Numbered from the stretch's first letter, positions 17,515 through 28,355 are shown. The stretch: 64,000 nucleotides of DNA from a virus (IMGVR_UViG_3300030433_002104:32001-96000); one strand, 5' to 3'. Translations and numbers: made by a program. The notes: generated by a model not told the origin, from the sequence alone.

Positions 17515-19168
17515 GAAACGAATTTTATTCTGTAGTGAAGCTACTTTTCTAAACACGGGTTATGCTACATATACAAGAGAGATCTTGAACTATCTTCATT
17601 CTACAGGCAAATATGAAATTGCTGAGATGGGATGTTATGGAATGATAGGAGACCCTAAAGCTGCGGACATACCTTGGAAGTTTTATGGTGTAGTACCACC
17701 AGAGAATTTTCCCGAAGAGAAGAAAAAAGAGTACCACTCTAAACCTACAAACCAGTTTGGAGAATGGATATTTGAGGAAGTGTGTTTAGACTTCATGCCA
17801 GATATTGTCTGTGATATTCGTGACTTCTGGATGCTAGACTTTGCAGAACGATCTCCCTATAGAGATTATTTTAAGTGGTGCATAATGCCAACTGTTGATG
17901 CTAGACCACAAGCAAGACAGTGGATAGCCACTTATGAGGGAGCTGATGCCTGTCTATCATATTCTGATTGGGCTGGTGGTATTTTGGAGGATCAATCCGG
18001 TGGGAAGATAAACTATATAGGATGTGCTCCTCCATCTGCTCACCCTGCGTATCAACCTGTAGAAGATAAGGACATGCACAAAGTAAATGTTGGAATTGAC
18101 CCTGCCTTCAAGGTTATTGGGACTGTCATGAGGAATCAGCGTAGAAAGCTTTTCCCAGACTTGTTTGAAGCGTTTAGAAAGTTCTTAGACGCATCGGAAG
18201 ATAAAAATTATTACCTATACTGTCACACTAGTTACCCAGACTTAGGCTGGGATATACCAGAGCTGATCCATCAAAATGAGTTGGCATCTAAAGTTATGCT
18301 GACATACATATGTAAAGAAACTGGCAGGCCGTTTCCTTCTTTATTTAAAGGGGCAGTAATTCAATCCCCATTTACTGGAAGACGCAGTGCTGTTGTGTGC
18401 AGTGTTAAAGATGGGGCGACTTATGAAGATTTAGCTTCAATTATCAACACGTTTGATGTCTATATTCAGTATGCAAACTCAGAAGGTTTTGGACTTCCTC
18501 AAGTAGAAGCAGCTGCCTGTGGAGTGCCTGTCATGTCAACAGACTACTCAGCGATGGAAAGCGAAGTGCGTAAACTTGGAGGCGTACCGCTAAAGCCAAG
18601 AGCTTTATACAAAGAACTTGAAACTGGCTGTTACAGGGCAGTGCCCGACAACGACAACACCGCTAAAGAACTATTGAAGTTCTTCTCGCTTAGTCAGGAA
18701 GAAAGAGACGAGCTTGGTAAGACTGCTCGTAAAAACTTTGAAGAAAAGTACCAATGGCATTTGAGCGGTGCGATGTGGGAAAACTACTTCGACAGTGTAG
18801 AAATTCTTCCAATAGAGCAGACTTGGTTATCTCCACCCAAGATTAGACAGCCAGAGCCAAAGCCTCAAGAACTACCTCAAAATGTAACGCATCAAGGTCT
18901 AGCAAAATGGCTTATATCTAGCGTATTATGCGAGCCAGAAAAGCTTGACAGTTTTACGGAGGCAAGGCTGTGTAGAGATTTATCCTATCAAAGCTCAACG
19001 GGAACCACTGGAGGAATGTACTACAACGAAAGCTCGGCAGCTTTTGACGGCGCAGCTACTAGGAACCCATTCAACTTTGATATTGCATATAACCACTTGA
19101 AGGCTTTGTGTGAGAGAAGAAATCACTGGGAACAAGTTAGATGGCAAAGGATGCAGAATATTAGATGA
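17507..19168 (+). CDS. GT4 (GT-B) glycosyltransferase, large
   Basis: TGYATY, MRNQRRK, SEGFGLPQVEAAACGVPV (EX7E). Confidence 0.88.
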   Translation: MRKKRILFCSEATFLNTGYATYTREILNYLHSTGKYEIAEMGCYGMIGDPKAADIPWKFYGVVPPENFPEEKKKEYHSKPTNQFGEWIFEEVCLDFMPDIVCDIRDFWMLDFAERSPYRDYFKWCIMPTVDARPQARQWIATYEGADACLSYSDWAGGILEDQSGGKINYIGCAPPSAHPAYQPVEDKDMHKVNVGIDPAFKVIGTVMRNQRRKLFPDLFEAFRKFLDASEDKNYYLYCHTSYPDLGWDIPELIHQNELASKVMLTYICKETGRPFPSLFKGAVIQSPFTGRRSAVVCSVKDGATYEDLASIINTFDVYIQYANSEGFGLPQVEAAACGVPVMSTDYSAMESEVRKLGGVPLKPRALYKELETGCYRAVPDNDNTAKELLKFFSLSQEERDELGKTARKNFEEKYQWHLSGAMWENYFDSVEILPIEQTWLSPPKIRQPEPKPQELPQNVTHQGLAKWLISSVLCEPEKLDSFTEARLCRDLSYQSSTGTTGGMYYNESSAAFDGAATRNPFNFDIAYNHLKALCERRNHWEQVRWQRMQNIR

Positions 19169-19977
19169 TAAGTTTTATTGTACAAGGGCCAGTGTCAGAA
19201 TCTACACAAAACACAGTAGACTCTATACTGGAACATTATCCAGACTCGGAAATAATCTTAGCGTCTACCAATGGAGTAACAGATGTAGACAATGTAGACA
19301 AGATACACTTGGATGGTCATGATGAAGAAGTAATACTAAATAAACAAATACTCAGCAGTAGAGCTGTAAACAAAGCTAAGTTTGATGTAGCCTGCAAGGT
19401 AAGAAACGATATTGTTTTTACAAATAACAACTTAATGAATTTCGTCAATGGTGAGTTACTTTCGCAGGAGCCTCATCAGAGACTGGAAACCCATCGCTTG
19501 TTTGACAGGCTTGTTCTTTCCAGTAATTACTTTTTCTGCAACCCAGAAACATCAGGGTTTTACTATCATCCATCGGACTGGATTTTCTTAGGACTTACAT
19601 CAGACCTGAAAAAACTCTTCAACATTCCGCTGCAAGACCCAAAGGAAAACGTTTACTACTTGGAAGAAGAGGTGGTATTACCTTTTGGGGACGTGATCAC
19701 TGGCGAAAGAATGAAATATAGACCAGAGCAATATATATTTGTAACTGCTCTAAATGAGGCTGGCTTCGATGTATCTCTTGACTACGAATACCAAAAACCA
19801 GAAGATCAATTGTCGGCTTATAGATTTATAGCAAACAATTTTTATATATCAGACGCAGGAGAGGACTCTGGATTTCACTGTTCCAAGTATCCGCGCAACG
19901 TGGGAGAACACCCACATCTACTAAACAATCATCAATGTAACCTATTAAGAGAAGCTATGCTAGAGGAAGTTAAATGA
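19165..19977 (+). CDS. WavE-like LPS synthesis protein
   Basis: ISFIVQGP, EIILAST, KVRND, YHPSDWIFLG, PEQYI match the WavE family pattern. Confidence 0.7.
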   Translation: MISFIVQGPVSESTQNTVDSILEHYPDSEIILASTNGVTDVDNVDKIHLDGHDEEVILNKQILSSRAVNKAKFDVACKVRNDIVFTNNNLMNFVNGELLSQEPHQRLETHRLFDRLVLSSNYFFCNPETSGFYYHPSDWIFLGLTSDLKKLFNIPLQDPKENVYYLEEEVVLPFGDVITGERMKYRPEQYIFVTALNEAGFDVSLDYEYQKPEDQLSAYRFIANNFYISDAGEDSGFHCSKYPRNVGEHPHLLNNHQCNLLREAMLEEVK

Positions 19978-21089
19978 AGGTTTTATATATAGCACATTAC
20001 AAAGAAGGCACTGGCTGGTCGCAAGCAGCTATTGATTATATACTTGCGATGGACTCTGTAGGGATTGACGTAGCTTGTCGCAATGTTTCTCTAACTGGAG
20101 CCAACGCCGAAGTCCCTCAAAGGATTTTAGAGCTAGAACAGAAGGATATATCAGACGCTGAGGTATGTATCCAACACGTTTTACCGCACCATTTGGTGGG
20201 CTCAGATAAGTTTAAAAAGAACATAGCACTCTTTGTCTCTGAGACATCAAGTATTAAGATGAATCCTTGGTTTGTACATTTAGAACAGATGGATGAGGTG
20301 TGGGTTCCAAGTGAACACCTTTGGGATAGTATGTCTCAGGACAATATAAATGCTGTCGTCAAGGTAGTACCGCACGCATTTGAGATGTCAAAGTATAAAA
20401 AGAAATATCCTCAAATGTTAAACCAACAAACAGACGGTACATTTAAGTTCTATTATATTGGCGATCTTAACCAGCGTAAAAATATCGAATCAATACTTAG
20501 ATGCTTCCATAGCGAGTTTGATGTTTCTGAGCCAGCGTCTCTCATACTAAAAGTAAACAAGTTCGGGCACGATCCACAGCAAGTCCATCAGGTTGTTGAT
20601 GGTATATCTCAAAAAATAAAGCATGAGCTACGGATGTACGATGACGTAAGAATGTACAAACAGGAAGCAGTTCTCTCGTCAAGAATACCAGAAGAAGACC
20701 TATACGGCTTACACCAATACTGCGATTGTTTTATATGTCCATCTCATGGCGAAGCGTGGTCTATCCCATCGTTTGATGCTATGGCCTTTGGCAACACCCC
20801 AATCTGTAGTGATTTTGGTGGCCCTAGAGATTTTATAGATAAAGACAACAAGAATACTGGATGGGTTGTTTCAGGTGTGGATTCCGTATGCACTTACACT
20901 GACGCAGCTTTCAAAGAAATATTTACTGGAAGAGAAACTTGGGTAACGCCAAACGAGTCTGAGATTAAAAGAGCTATGAGATATTACTATGAGAATAGAA
21001 ATGATAGCTCAGATGGGCTAGAAAGAGCTGAGCAGTTCTCTTACGAAAACGTAGGCAATTTAATTAAGGAATTTTTAGGTGGTAAGTAG
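19974..21089 (+). CDS. GT4 glycosyltransferase
   Basis: TGWSQAA, VWVPS, RKNI, PSHGEAWSIPSFDAMAFG. Confidence 0.85.
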   Translation: MKVLYIAHYKEGTGWSQAAIDYILAMDSVGIDVACRNVSLTGANAEVPQRILELEQKDISDAEVCIQHVLPHHLVGSDKFKKNIALFVSETSSIKMNPWFVHLEQMDEVWVPSEHLWDSMSQDNINAVVKVVPHAFEMSKYKKKYPQMLNQQTDGTFKFYYIGDLNQRKNIESILRCFHSEFDVSEPASLILKVNKFGHDPQQVHQVVDGISQKIKHELRMYDDVRMYKQEAVLSSRIPEEDLYGLHQYCDCFICPSHGEAWSIPSFDAMAFGNTPICSDFGGPRDFIDKDNKNTGWVVSGVDSVCTYTDAAFKEIFTGRETWVTPNESEIKRAMRYYYENRNDSSDGLERAEQFSYENVGNLIKEFLGGK

Positions 21090-22104
21090 TCATAAAATTA
21101 GAATACCAGCATTGCCTCCATCGGTGGAGACAAGAAATATAATCAGCAAGGTTGGAGAGAGTAAAAAAGATAAATATACAATCTTGACTTTTCCGACGCA
21201 CGAAAGATATGAAACGGGACTGGCTAAAACAGGTCACGACTTCTATGCTTTCAGGTCTGAAGGTTTAAAGGACTGGAATACAAATTATGGGCAAGTACCG
21301 CCCAACTATTACCTACTTCCACCTGAGTCTATCTTTAACGGTATACAGTTTGATTTCATCCTGTCTCAGAGTAAGTTTGGTCAGTTCCAAACCGCAAAAC
21401 TTTTACAGGAGCGATTAGGAGTTCCTTTAGTGTCTTTGGAGCACACGCTGCCTACATCAAATGTAAAGCCAGAGTGGTTAGAAGAAATCAGAACTATGTC
21501 TGGAGATATTGACGTTTTTATCTCAGAGTATTCTAGAGACGAATGGAAAATTAATAGCACAAAGTCTGAGGTAGTTCATCACTGTGTAGACTCGGAATTG
21601 TTTAAGCCATCAGATGTTGAACAATCGCCATATGTTTTGAGCGTTGTCAACGACTTTAGAGGTAGAGACTATTGTTGTAACTATTCAGGATGGGAGCGAG
21701 TGACTGAAGGATTAGAGACAAAGGTGGTAGGGGAAAATGGAGATTTGGGAAGCCCCGCAGAGTCAGTAGAAAAACTTGTCGAAGAATATAATAGTGCGCA
21801 AGTTTTCCTTAATACATCCACGGTTAGTCCAATCCCAACCGCCCTCTTGGAAGCAATGTCTTGCGGATGCGCTGTAGTTACAACCGCCACATGTATGATA
21901 CCTGAAATAGTTAAAAATGGTGTGAATGGTTTTATCTCTAACGATGAAAAGGAATTGCGTGGATATATAGAACAATTATTGGAAGACGAAGAATTAAGAA
22001 ACAAACTTGGACAAGAAGCGAGAAAGACAATACTGGAAGACTTTTCAGAACAACGTTTTCTTGAATCTTGGGCAGACATATTTGACAAAGCTTACGGAGT
22101 ATAA
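21079..22104 (+). CDS. GT4 glycosyltransferase
   Basis: VFISEY, LLEAMSCGCAVV, PEIVKNGVNGF, LGQEARK. Confidence 0.85.
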   Translation: MVSSHKIRIPALPPSVETRNIISKVGESKKDKYTILTFPTHERYETGLAKTGHDFYAFRSEGLKDWNTNYGQVPPNYYLLPPESIFNGIQFDFILSQSKFGQFQTAKLLQERLGVPLVSLEHTLPTSNVKPEWLEEIRTMSGDIDVFISEYSRDEWKINSTKSEVVHHCVDSELFKPSDVEQSPYVLSVVNDFRGRDYCCNYSGWERVTEGLETKVVGENGDLGSPAESVEKLVEEYNSAQVFLNTSTVSPIPTALLEAMSCGCAVVTTATCMIPEIVKNGVNGFISNDEKELRGYIEQLLEDEELRNKLGQEARKTILEDFSEQRFLESWADIFDKAYGV

Positions 22105-22106
22105 AA

Positions 22107-22529
22107 ATGAAATTACATATAGTAAACCCAGAACAAGATGTGATTGAAGGCTATGAGCGCGTTGATGTAGTCAACGGAGCTATAGACTTATCACAGTATG
22201 CTGAAAATGAGTGCGACTTTATTCTAGCATCTGACTCTCTAAACGGCATGAGTATAGAACAGGCTCATCAAGCAGTTTTTGAGATTACTAAAAAGATGCG
22301 AAGAAATGCCAAGCTAGTTATTGGAGGGCTAGACATTAGACTCGTTGCCAGACACATAGTGCGTGGCGGCTGGAATACGCCAGAGGCGAACCAGAATATC
22401 TTTTCTAACAGCTCCTGCTTGGATGTTAATTATACTAGAAATTTATTAGCAAGCTGTGGACTTACAATAGAATCAACTAGAGTTTTAGGATTATCTTATG
22501 AAATCGAAGCAACAAGAAAGCTGGGCTAA
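22107..22529 (+). CDS. degenerate methyltransferase-like protein
   Basis: ENECDFILASDSL...KKMRRNAKLVI...LLASCGL resembles the C-terminal half of a class I MTase; no GxG motif. Confidence 0.4.
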   Translation: MKLHIVNPEQDVIEGYERVDVVNGAIDLSQYAENECDFILASDSLNGMSIEQAHQAVFEITKKMRRNAKLVIGGLDIRLVARHIVRGGWNTPEANQNIFSNSSCLDVNYTRNLLASCGLTIESTRVLGLSYEIEATRKLG

Positions 22530-23247
22530 AACCTCTTGCAGAGAGTGCAATCTTGCAGTATTTGAGGGCAACAAGCAAACAGGATGTCAGGCCAAAAGGT
22601 TAAAAAAGTTTGCGAGCATAGTTCACTCGTATGATGATGAAAAAGAGTTCTACGTTATAAACGACGCTTGCAACTATTATTCGTCCACAGAAACCATGGA
22701 ACAAGTTGTACAGAGGAAAAAAGTCAAATTCGGCATTGTTGTAAACGTAGATGAAAAGAACATAAATCTAGAAGCTACAGTTAATTCCATTGTCAATTCT
22801 GGATACCAGTCAGATAAGATGTCTGTTATCATAGTACATAGAGGCAATACTAACGAAGATATTAAAAAAGCTGTAATATCTGGACTGAAAACGCTAGAGG
22901 ATAAAGACATACCTTGCATTGCTGTGGCATTGGCAAAGCACGCCGATATTGACTATGAGTCTTTTAAGCACACTAATGGATGCAACTATTGCTGCAGGGT
23001 TTATGCAGGACAGTTGATATATCCGAACACTTTTGCGTTTATTAACAATCATCTTAATTTGAGCCTTGGCAAGAGTGTCTACTTTAGACAGCCAGAGGAG
23101 CCAAACAACATTAATATCATACTAAGAAAAGTTATTTCTCTTAGGTATTTGAATTATGGTAACTATTCTGATTTTGAACAGGGCGTAGCTGAAGAAGCAA
23201 AACAAGAGAATTTGTATATAGAAATAAAAGATGCGAAGAAACACTAA
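22498..23247 (+). CDS. hypothetical protein, Cys-rich N-terminus plus degenerate GT2-like domain
   Basis: CRECN...C...C; FGIVV...LEATVNSIV...MSVIIV GT-A-like start; no DxD. Confidence 0.45.
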   Translation: MKSKQQESWAKTSCRECNLAVFEGNKQTGCQAKRLKKFASIVHSYDDEKEFYVINDACNYYSSTETMEQVVQRKKVKFGIVVNVDEKNINLEATVNSIVNSGYQSDKMSVIIVHRGNTNEDIKKAVISGLKTLEDKDIPCIAVALAKHADIDYESFKHTNGCNYCCRVYAGQLIYPNTFAFINNHLNLSLGKSVYFRQPEEPNNINIILRKVISLRYLNYGNYSDFEQGVAEEAKQENLYIEIKDAKKH

Positions 23248-24004
23248 TTTTATAACGTCGCCAAGAGAGAAGGCTTCGGGCGAAAGGGTTGATGACTTTG
23301 TTAGCATCATACTTTTGTCGGAGAACTGCGGCTATAGAATGAAATCATACGGGCCAATACCGCTCCTAAAGATAGGCGGCAAGTGCTTAATTGATACGCA
23401 AATAGAAGAAATACAAAGTGTTTTTTCAGAGTTTGAAATTATACTATGCAGTGGCTTTGGGTCTACAAAAATAGCAAAGTATATCAGAGAGCAATACCCA
23501 GCGTTGAACATTAGGATAGTAGAAAACCAATTATATGAGTATTCAAATTCCTGTGAAAGTTTAAGACTATGTTTAAATAACACAACTAACAATAAAGTCC
23601 TAGTTTGTAACGGCGAACTAATGATAAATAGGGATGTATTGTCGCTTATAAGTTTGAAATCTTCTTTTATAGTCTCAGAATCTGTTGACAATGACAATTT
23701 AGAAGTTGGAGTTACTATCAACGAACGAGGACATACTGAGAATTTTTGCTATGGTATTGAAAACACTTGGTCAGAAATACTATTCTTGCATGAAAAGAGT
23801 ATCGTAGAAACCATACGCGCTATAATATCAGACGCTGAGTATAAGAACAAATTTATCTTTGAGGCGCTCAACGAGCTAAGCAGGACAAAGCACAGGCTAT
23901 CAGTAGTAGAAAACAACATCGCACCAATAACCAAAATAAATAACATAAAAACTTATCATCAAATTAGGAAGACAAATGAAAGCACTAATACAAAACTACA
24001 TTAA
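23231..24004 (+). CDS. nucleotidyltransferase-like protein (LicC/MobA-like), signature degenerate
   Basis: IILLSENCGYRMKSYGPIPLLKIGGKCLI, VEN..Y..SNSCESL, VCNGE. Confidence 0.65.
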   Translation: MRRNTNFITSPREKASGERVDDFVSIILLSENCGYRMKSYGPIPLLKIGGKCLIDTQIEEIQSVFSEFEIILCSGFGSTKIAKYIREQYPALNIRIVENQLYEYSNSCESLRLCLNNTTNNKVLVCNGELMINRDVLSLISLKSSFIVSESVDNDNLEVGVTINERGHTENFCYGIENTWSEILFLHEKSIVETIRAIISDAEYKNKFIFEALNELSRTKHRLSVVENNIAPITKINNIKTYHQIRKTNESTNTKLH

Positions 24005-24851
24005 TGGCGAGAGTACAGAGGCTGGCTATATTACTGAGTGTTTAAATAGAGCCGGTGTAGAGGCTCAGTTATGGGCAGATGGAATGAGTGCATACGACAA
24101 GATGGACTTGTTTTCTCCAGATGTCGTGTTTGCACACTATATGTTTCTTACAGGAGACATTATACGGTATTTGTCAAATAGCCAGATACAGATTGTTATC
24201 AACGTGACAGGCATACAACAGCATGAGCTGGATACTATTGTGAAAGAGATTAAGGATAAAAATGTTAACTGCCCATTCATGTTTAGCAATCTTCCTAGAG
24301 AGGCTATCAAGGTTAAGACAAATGACATTAAGATCCACAGCATAATGAGCGCTGCCGATGTATTCTTAACATCTACTGATTACTTTGATAACTTTGACAT
24401 AGATCTAGGCATTGTATCAGATTATGATGCAACATCTAAGTTTTCTGAAGATACGGCAGACATTCGGAGCTGGCACTTCCTTAGCACATCACCAGACTTA
24501 CAGTCTTCAGACATACTAGCGCCAATACAGCAAATGCCTAGCCTATATCCTAGATACAAAAAGATAATTGTTACGGTAGACGGGCCAAGAATTCCACAAC
24601 ATTTCTTTGACGCAATTATGCATGGTAATGAAGTATCGTTTAAAAGCAAATACAACATGCAAGACGAGGTGTCGCAAAAAGTTATTGCTAAGCTACTAGG
24701 AGAAGACAGCAGCAAGTGGAAATCTTCTGTGGAAAAGAAGCATACATGCATTAATAGAGTTGACAAGCTCTTATCGCTGCTAGGTGTAAAGGATGTTGCC
24801 AAAAATATAGGAAAGGCTAAAAATGATAACAGTAATACTCAATGGCTATAA
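23976..24851 (+). CDS. hypothetical protein, possibly divergent GT-B/CgeB-like
   Basis: PDVVF, RIPQHFFDA, C-terminal KHTCINRV; lies within the glycan cluster. Confidence 0.4.
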   Translation: MKALIQNYINGESTEAGYITECLNRAGVEAQLWADGMSAYDKMDLFSPDVVFAHYMFLTGDIIRYLSNSQIQIVINVTGIQQHELDTIVKEIKDKNVNCPFMFSNLPREAIKVKTNDIKIHSIMSAADVFLTSTDYFDNFDIDLGIVSDYDATSKFSEDTADIRSWHFLSTSPDLQSSDILAPIQQMPSLYPRYKKIIVTVDGPRIPQHFFDAIMHGNEVSFKSKYNMQDEVSQKVIAKLLGEDSSKWKSSVEKKHTCINRVDKLLSLLGVKDVAKNIGKAKNDNSNTQWL

Positions 24852-25563
24852 AAGACCGCAAGCATTAAAAGAGCAATACGAGGCACTTAAAAAACAAACG
24901 TTTGATGATTTTAAGGTGATGCTTTGGTGCAACTATGACGAAGACTCATACGACAAGTTTCCTAAAGAAGTAGTAGAGAACTGCACAACTGCGATGTGTA
25001 ACGAAAACCTTGGTGTTTGGGCTAGGTTTGCATATGCTTTAAATGCTGAAACCAAGTACATATGTATGCTTGACGATGATACAATTCCCGGAAGTAAGTG
25101 GCTGGAAAACTGCGTAACAACCATGCAGACACACTTGGGACTGTTGGGTTGTCGTGGCGTGAGAATGACAGGTGATGATTACGCAAATTATCCGGCTTGT
25201 CAGTACGAGGCTTTTGGAGCTGCCAATCCTAGCAACGAAGTAGAGCCTGTAGATATTATGGGGCACTGTTGGTTCTTTGAAAGAGAGTGGTTAAGGGCGT
25301 ACTGGGCAGACATGCCTAGCACACGACTGACTGCTGGCGGAGAAGACATGCACTTTTCATATGTGCTACAAAAGCACTATGGGCTAAAGACTTATGTTCC
25401 TCCTCATCCAGCGGACGACATGGAAATGTGGGGCTCAACAGATCCACAGAAGTATGGAGAAGATATGTCAGCAACTTCGCGTACTGGATTAGGGCACGCA
25501 CAGGCAAATGCATATTGGAAATTCATAGTTTCCACAGGATACACTTTAGTAAAGGATATGTAA
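24823..25563 (+). CDS. GT-A (GT2-like) glycosyltransferase
   Basis: ITVILNGYKRP, YICMLDDD, GEDMHFS. Confidence 0.82.
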   Translation: MITVILNGYKRPQALKEQYEALKKQTFDDFKVMLWCNYDEDSYDKFPKEVVENCTTAMCNENLGVWARFAYALNAETKYICMLDDDTIPGSKWLENCVTTMQTHLGLLGCRGVRMTGDDYANYPACQYEAFGAANPSNEVEPVDIMGHCWFFEREWLRAYWADMPSTRLTAGGEDMHFSYVLQKHYGLKTYVPPHPADDMEMWGSTDPQKYGEDMSATSRTGLGHAQANAYWKFIVSTGYTLVKDM

Positions 25564-26591
25564 TGTTAGTTATATCATTTGGAACTAGGCCGGAATGGAT
25601 TAAGATCAAACCTGTAATAGACAAGATACAAGGTAAAATACCATTTAAACTGCTCTTTACTGGGCAGCATACATCTCTAATAGATAGTAGCATAGAAAAT
25701 TACGACTATCAAACTTTAAGGATTGACGATTCGTTAGGCGGCTGTAGGCTAGATGCGATAGTCTGCTCAGTGTTAGATAACCTAAGTACATTAGATGAGG
25801 CGTCCGCAGTCATGGTGCAGGGCGACACTACTTCAGCTTTTGCTGTGGCTTTGGGCGCTTTTCATAGAGGTATCCCAGTCATTCATCTTGAGGCAGGACT
25901 AAGAACATTTGATAAATTTAATCCGTATCCAGAAGAATTCAATAGGTGCTCTATTTCTTCTATGGCAGACATACACCTGTGCCCAACCATATCTTCTGCA
26001 CACAACGTTATGAGACACAACAATTCAAACGAAGGCGTACACGTTGTTGGCAACACAGTATTAGACAATCTTGTAGATTACAAGGTAAAATCTGAAGACT
26101 TTGTTCTTGTCACAATGCATCGCAGAGAGAACCACAAAATGATACAAGACTGGTTTATCCAGATCAATCATTTAGCCGCAACTACGCCAGACCTAGAATT
26201 TATCCTTCCTCTTCACCCAAACCCAAACGTGAGAAAGTACGAATACCTACTCACAGATGTTACGGTTGTAGACCCACTTCCTTATCACGAGTGCATAGAT
26301 CTTGTAAGTAGATGCAAGTTTCTCATAACAGATAGTGGAGGTTTGCAGGAGGAATCAAGCTTTTTTGGCAAGCGCTGTATAGTTTGTAGAAAAGTGTCTG
26401 AAAGGACTGAAGGGGTAGGAGACTTTGCCTTTATGTGCCTAACACCGGAAGACCTTCCCGGTCTCTATGAAAAAGTGTTAGAGGCTTGTGGTATAAAAGA
26501 AATAGTTACTTTACCGTGCCCATATGGAGATGGGTATGCAGCAGAAAAGATATTAGAAATACTGGAGGACGTAGAATGTCTAAGAAAGTAG
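25563..26591 (+). CDS. wecB: UDP-N-acetylglucosamine 2-epimerase (non-hydrolysing)
   Basis: FGTRPE, TGQH, VQGDT, HLEAGLRT, PEEFNR, HRREN, TDSGGLQEE, PYGDG; ATG 25563 overlaps the upstream TAA. Confidence 0.93.
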   Translation: MLVISFGTRPEWIKIKPVIDKIQGKIPFKLLFTGQHTSLIDSSIENYDYQTLRIDDSLGGCRLDAIVCSVLDNLSTLDEASAVMVQGDTTSAFAVALGAFHRGIPVIHLEAGLRTFDKFNPYPEEFNRCSISSMADIHLCPTISSAHNVMRHNNSNEGVHVVGNTVLDNLVDYKVKSEDFVLVTMHRRENHKMIQDWFIQINHLAATTPDLEFILPLHPNPNVRKYEYLLTDVTVVDPLPYHECIDLVSRCKFLITDSGGLQEESSFFGKRCIVCRKVSERTEGVGDFAFMCLTPEDLPGLYEKVLEACGIKEIVTLPCPYGDGYAAEKILEILEDVECLRK

Positions 26592-27550
26592 TGGTTTTTG
26601 GTGGTGGCGGATTTGTGGGTTCAAGGCTCTGCCCAGCACTGCAAGACAAGTATGACCTGACAATAGTTGACACATTCTGGTTTTGGGATAGTGTTGAAGA
26701 ATATAAAGAAAAAGTCGGGATCACAGCTAAGTGTATCCAAGAAGATACTAGGGATAAAGGAATATCCAAGATAATTAATAACGCGGATGCAGTTATAAAC
26801 CTGTCGTGCTTATCTAATGACACGAGCTCCGACATAAACTATAACTTTACGCATGATGTTAGTTACAACGGCGTTATGAACGTTGTCGATAATTGTATTA
26901 GAAAGAAGATTCCTAAACTAATACAGACATCCACCACGAGCGTATATGGCATCAAGCAAGGCAAGCTAGTTACTGAAAAAGAAATTCCTGAACCAATTAC
27001 ACAATATGCGAAAATAAAAGCAGAGATAGACCATGTTTTGAGCTATTATATGGTATACGGAAATACTGGTATTACTTCGCTTAGACCGGCTACGCTTTAC
27101 GGATACTCACCAAGACTCAGACTTGACATCATGGTGAATACCATGCTAGACAGGGCCATCCGTGATAACAAGCTAATGGTTGAGGGTGGAGAACAATGCA
27201 GGCCGTGCCTACATGTTGATGATTTGTGCTTAGCTTATGCTGAGTGCTTAGAAAATCCAAACTCCAACGGCAAGATTTATAATGTCACTAATGAGAATTA
27301 CTCTGTAAACCAAGTTGTTGATCTTATAAAGCAAGCAGTACCAGAGGTAGAGATTCACTATCAACACGTATTAGACCAAAGGTCATACAAAACAAGTTCA
27401 GCACTGATCAAAAAAGACTTAGGCTTGAAGTTTAGGAAAAAGCTAAAAACTTCAATCAAGAAGTTATACCAAGAGATTAAGTATGGTCATCACGACCGCA
27501 GCAAAACCATTAATTTAAGAGTAATCAAAGGAGTCCTCAAGAATGGCTAG
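26576..27550 (+). CDS. NAD-dependent sugar epimerase/dehydratase (extended SDR)
   Basis: GGGGFVG, STTSVYG, YAKIK (YxxxK), LRPATLYG, RPCLHVDD; GGAGG upstream of ATG 26576. Confidence 0.88.
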   Translation: MSKKVVVFGGGGFVGSRLCPALQDKYDLTIVDTFWFWDSVEEYKEKVGITAKCIQEDTRDKGISKIINNADAVINLSCLSNDTSSDINYNFTHDVSYNGVMNVVDNCIRKKIPKLIQTSTTSVYGIKQGKLVTEKEIPEPITQYAKIKAEIDHVLSYYMVYGNTGITSLRPATLYGYSPRLRLDIMVNTMLDRAIRDNKLMVEGGEQCRPCLHVDDLCLAYAECLENPNSNGKIYNVTNENYSVNQVVDLIKQAVPEVEIHYQHVLDQRSYKTSSALIKKDLGLKFRKKLKTSIKKLYQEIKYGHHDRSKTINLRVIKGVLKNG

Positions 27551-28355
27551 TATGAGCACACCGCCATCAAAAACGCCAGAAGCTGACTTTGAGGTAATTA
27601 AGTCAATGCTTTCCAACGGCGAAAACTTTTCCTTGTCTAGATTCTCAGACGGTGAATTGTTGGTGTGTAACGGTATTGAGGTAGCGATGCAGTCTGGCCA
27701 TAATCAAATTGGCGAGGCTACATTTCATGCGGACAATAGCAAAGATGACATTAAGCATTTTGACCCTAAATTACACGGTGAGACACAAAAGAGGCTGTAC
27801 AAGGCTTTATTATATAATGCGCCCAACTATTTTAAGGGGTTGAACTGCTATTGCTGTACCGCTAAAATGTGGAGCCCAGCATTAGTGACTAGAGAAAGAC
27901 AGTTTGCGGGGTTTGATGTGTCTAGGCTGACTTGGGCCAATGTCCTCATAAACTCAAACTACAAAAGATTTATGGATGAGATTGTACCAATACTAAAGAC
28001 TAGAAAGCTTTACATGGTCGTGAATGAAAATGCAGACTTAGACGCTTCTGAGTTTAACATAGAGCGTGCGTTTAGAGTTGGTCAAAACTGTATGGTAAAT
28101 GACATTGGCTTGATAGATGAAATTAAATCATATATAGATGATAACAGCGTCGTTGATGGCGTGTTCTTATGTGCGGCTTCTAGCCTATCCAACATGATTA
28201 TACATGAGTGTCACATGCATAACACAAATAATACATATATTGATATTGGTTCATCACTCAACCCACTACTGCCGGGAATCGGAAGTAGAAGAGAATATAT
28301 GAAGCAACTAACCGGAGACATTCAACAAATGGAGAGCTGTAGATGGGGCTGGTAG
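27543..28355 (+). CDS. GT-D fold (DUF1792-like) glycosyltransferase
   Basis: SLSRFSDGE and YIDIGS motifs. Confidence 0.68.
   Translation: MASMSTPPSKTPEADFEVIKSMLSNGENFSLSRFSDGELLVCNGIEVAMQSGHNQIGEATFHADNSKDDIKHFDPKLHGETQKRLYKALLYNAPNYFKGLNCYCCTAKMWSPALVTRERQFAGFDVSRLTWANVLINSNYKRFMDEIVPILKTRKLYMVVNENADLDASEFNIERAFRVGQNCMVNDIGLIDEIKSYIDDNSVVDGVFLCAASSLSNMIIHECHMHNTNNTYIDIGSSLNPLLPGIGSRREYMKQLTGDIQQMESCRWGW

Noticed and set aside
25563-26591. NeuC (hydrolysing epimerase) completing a sialic acid pathway
   Set aside because: Motifs GTRPE, HLEAGLRT, PEEFNR and HRREN are those of the non-hydrolysing WecB type.
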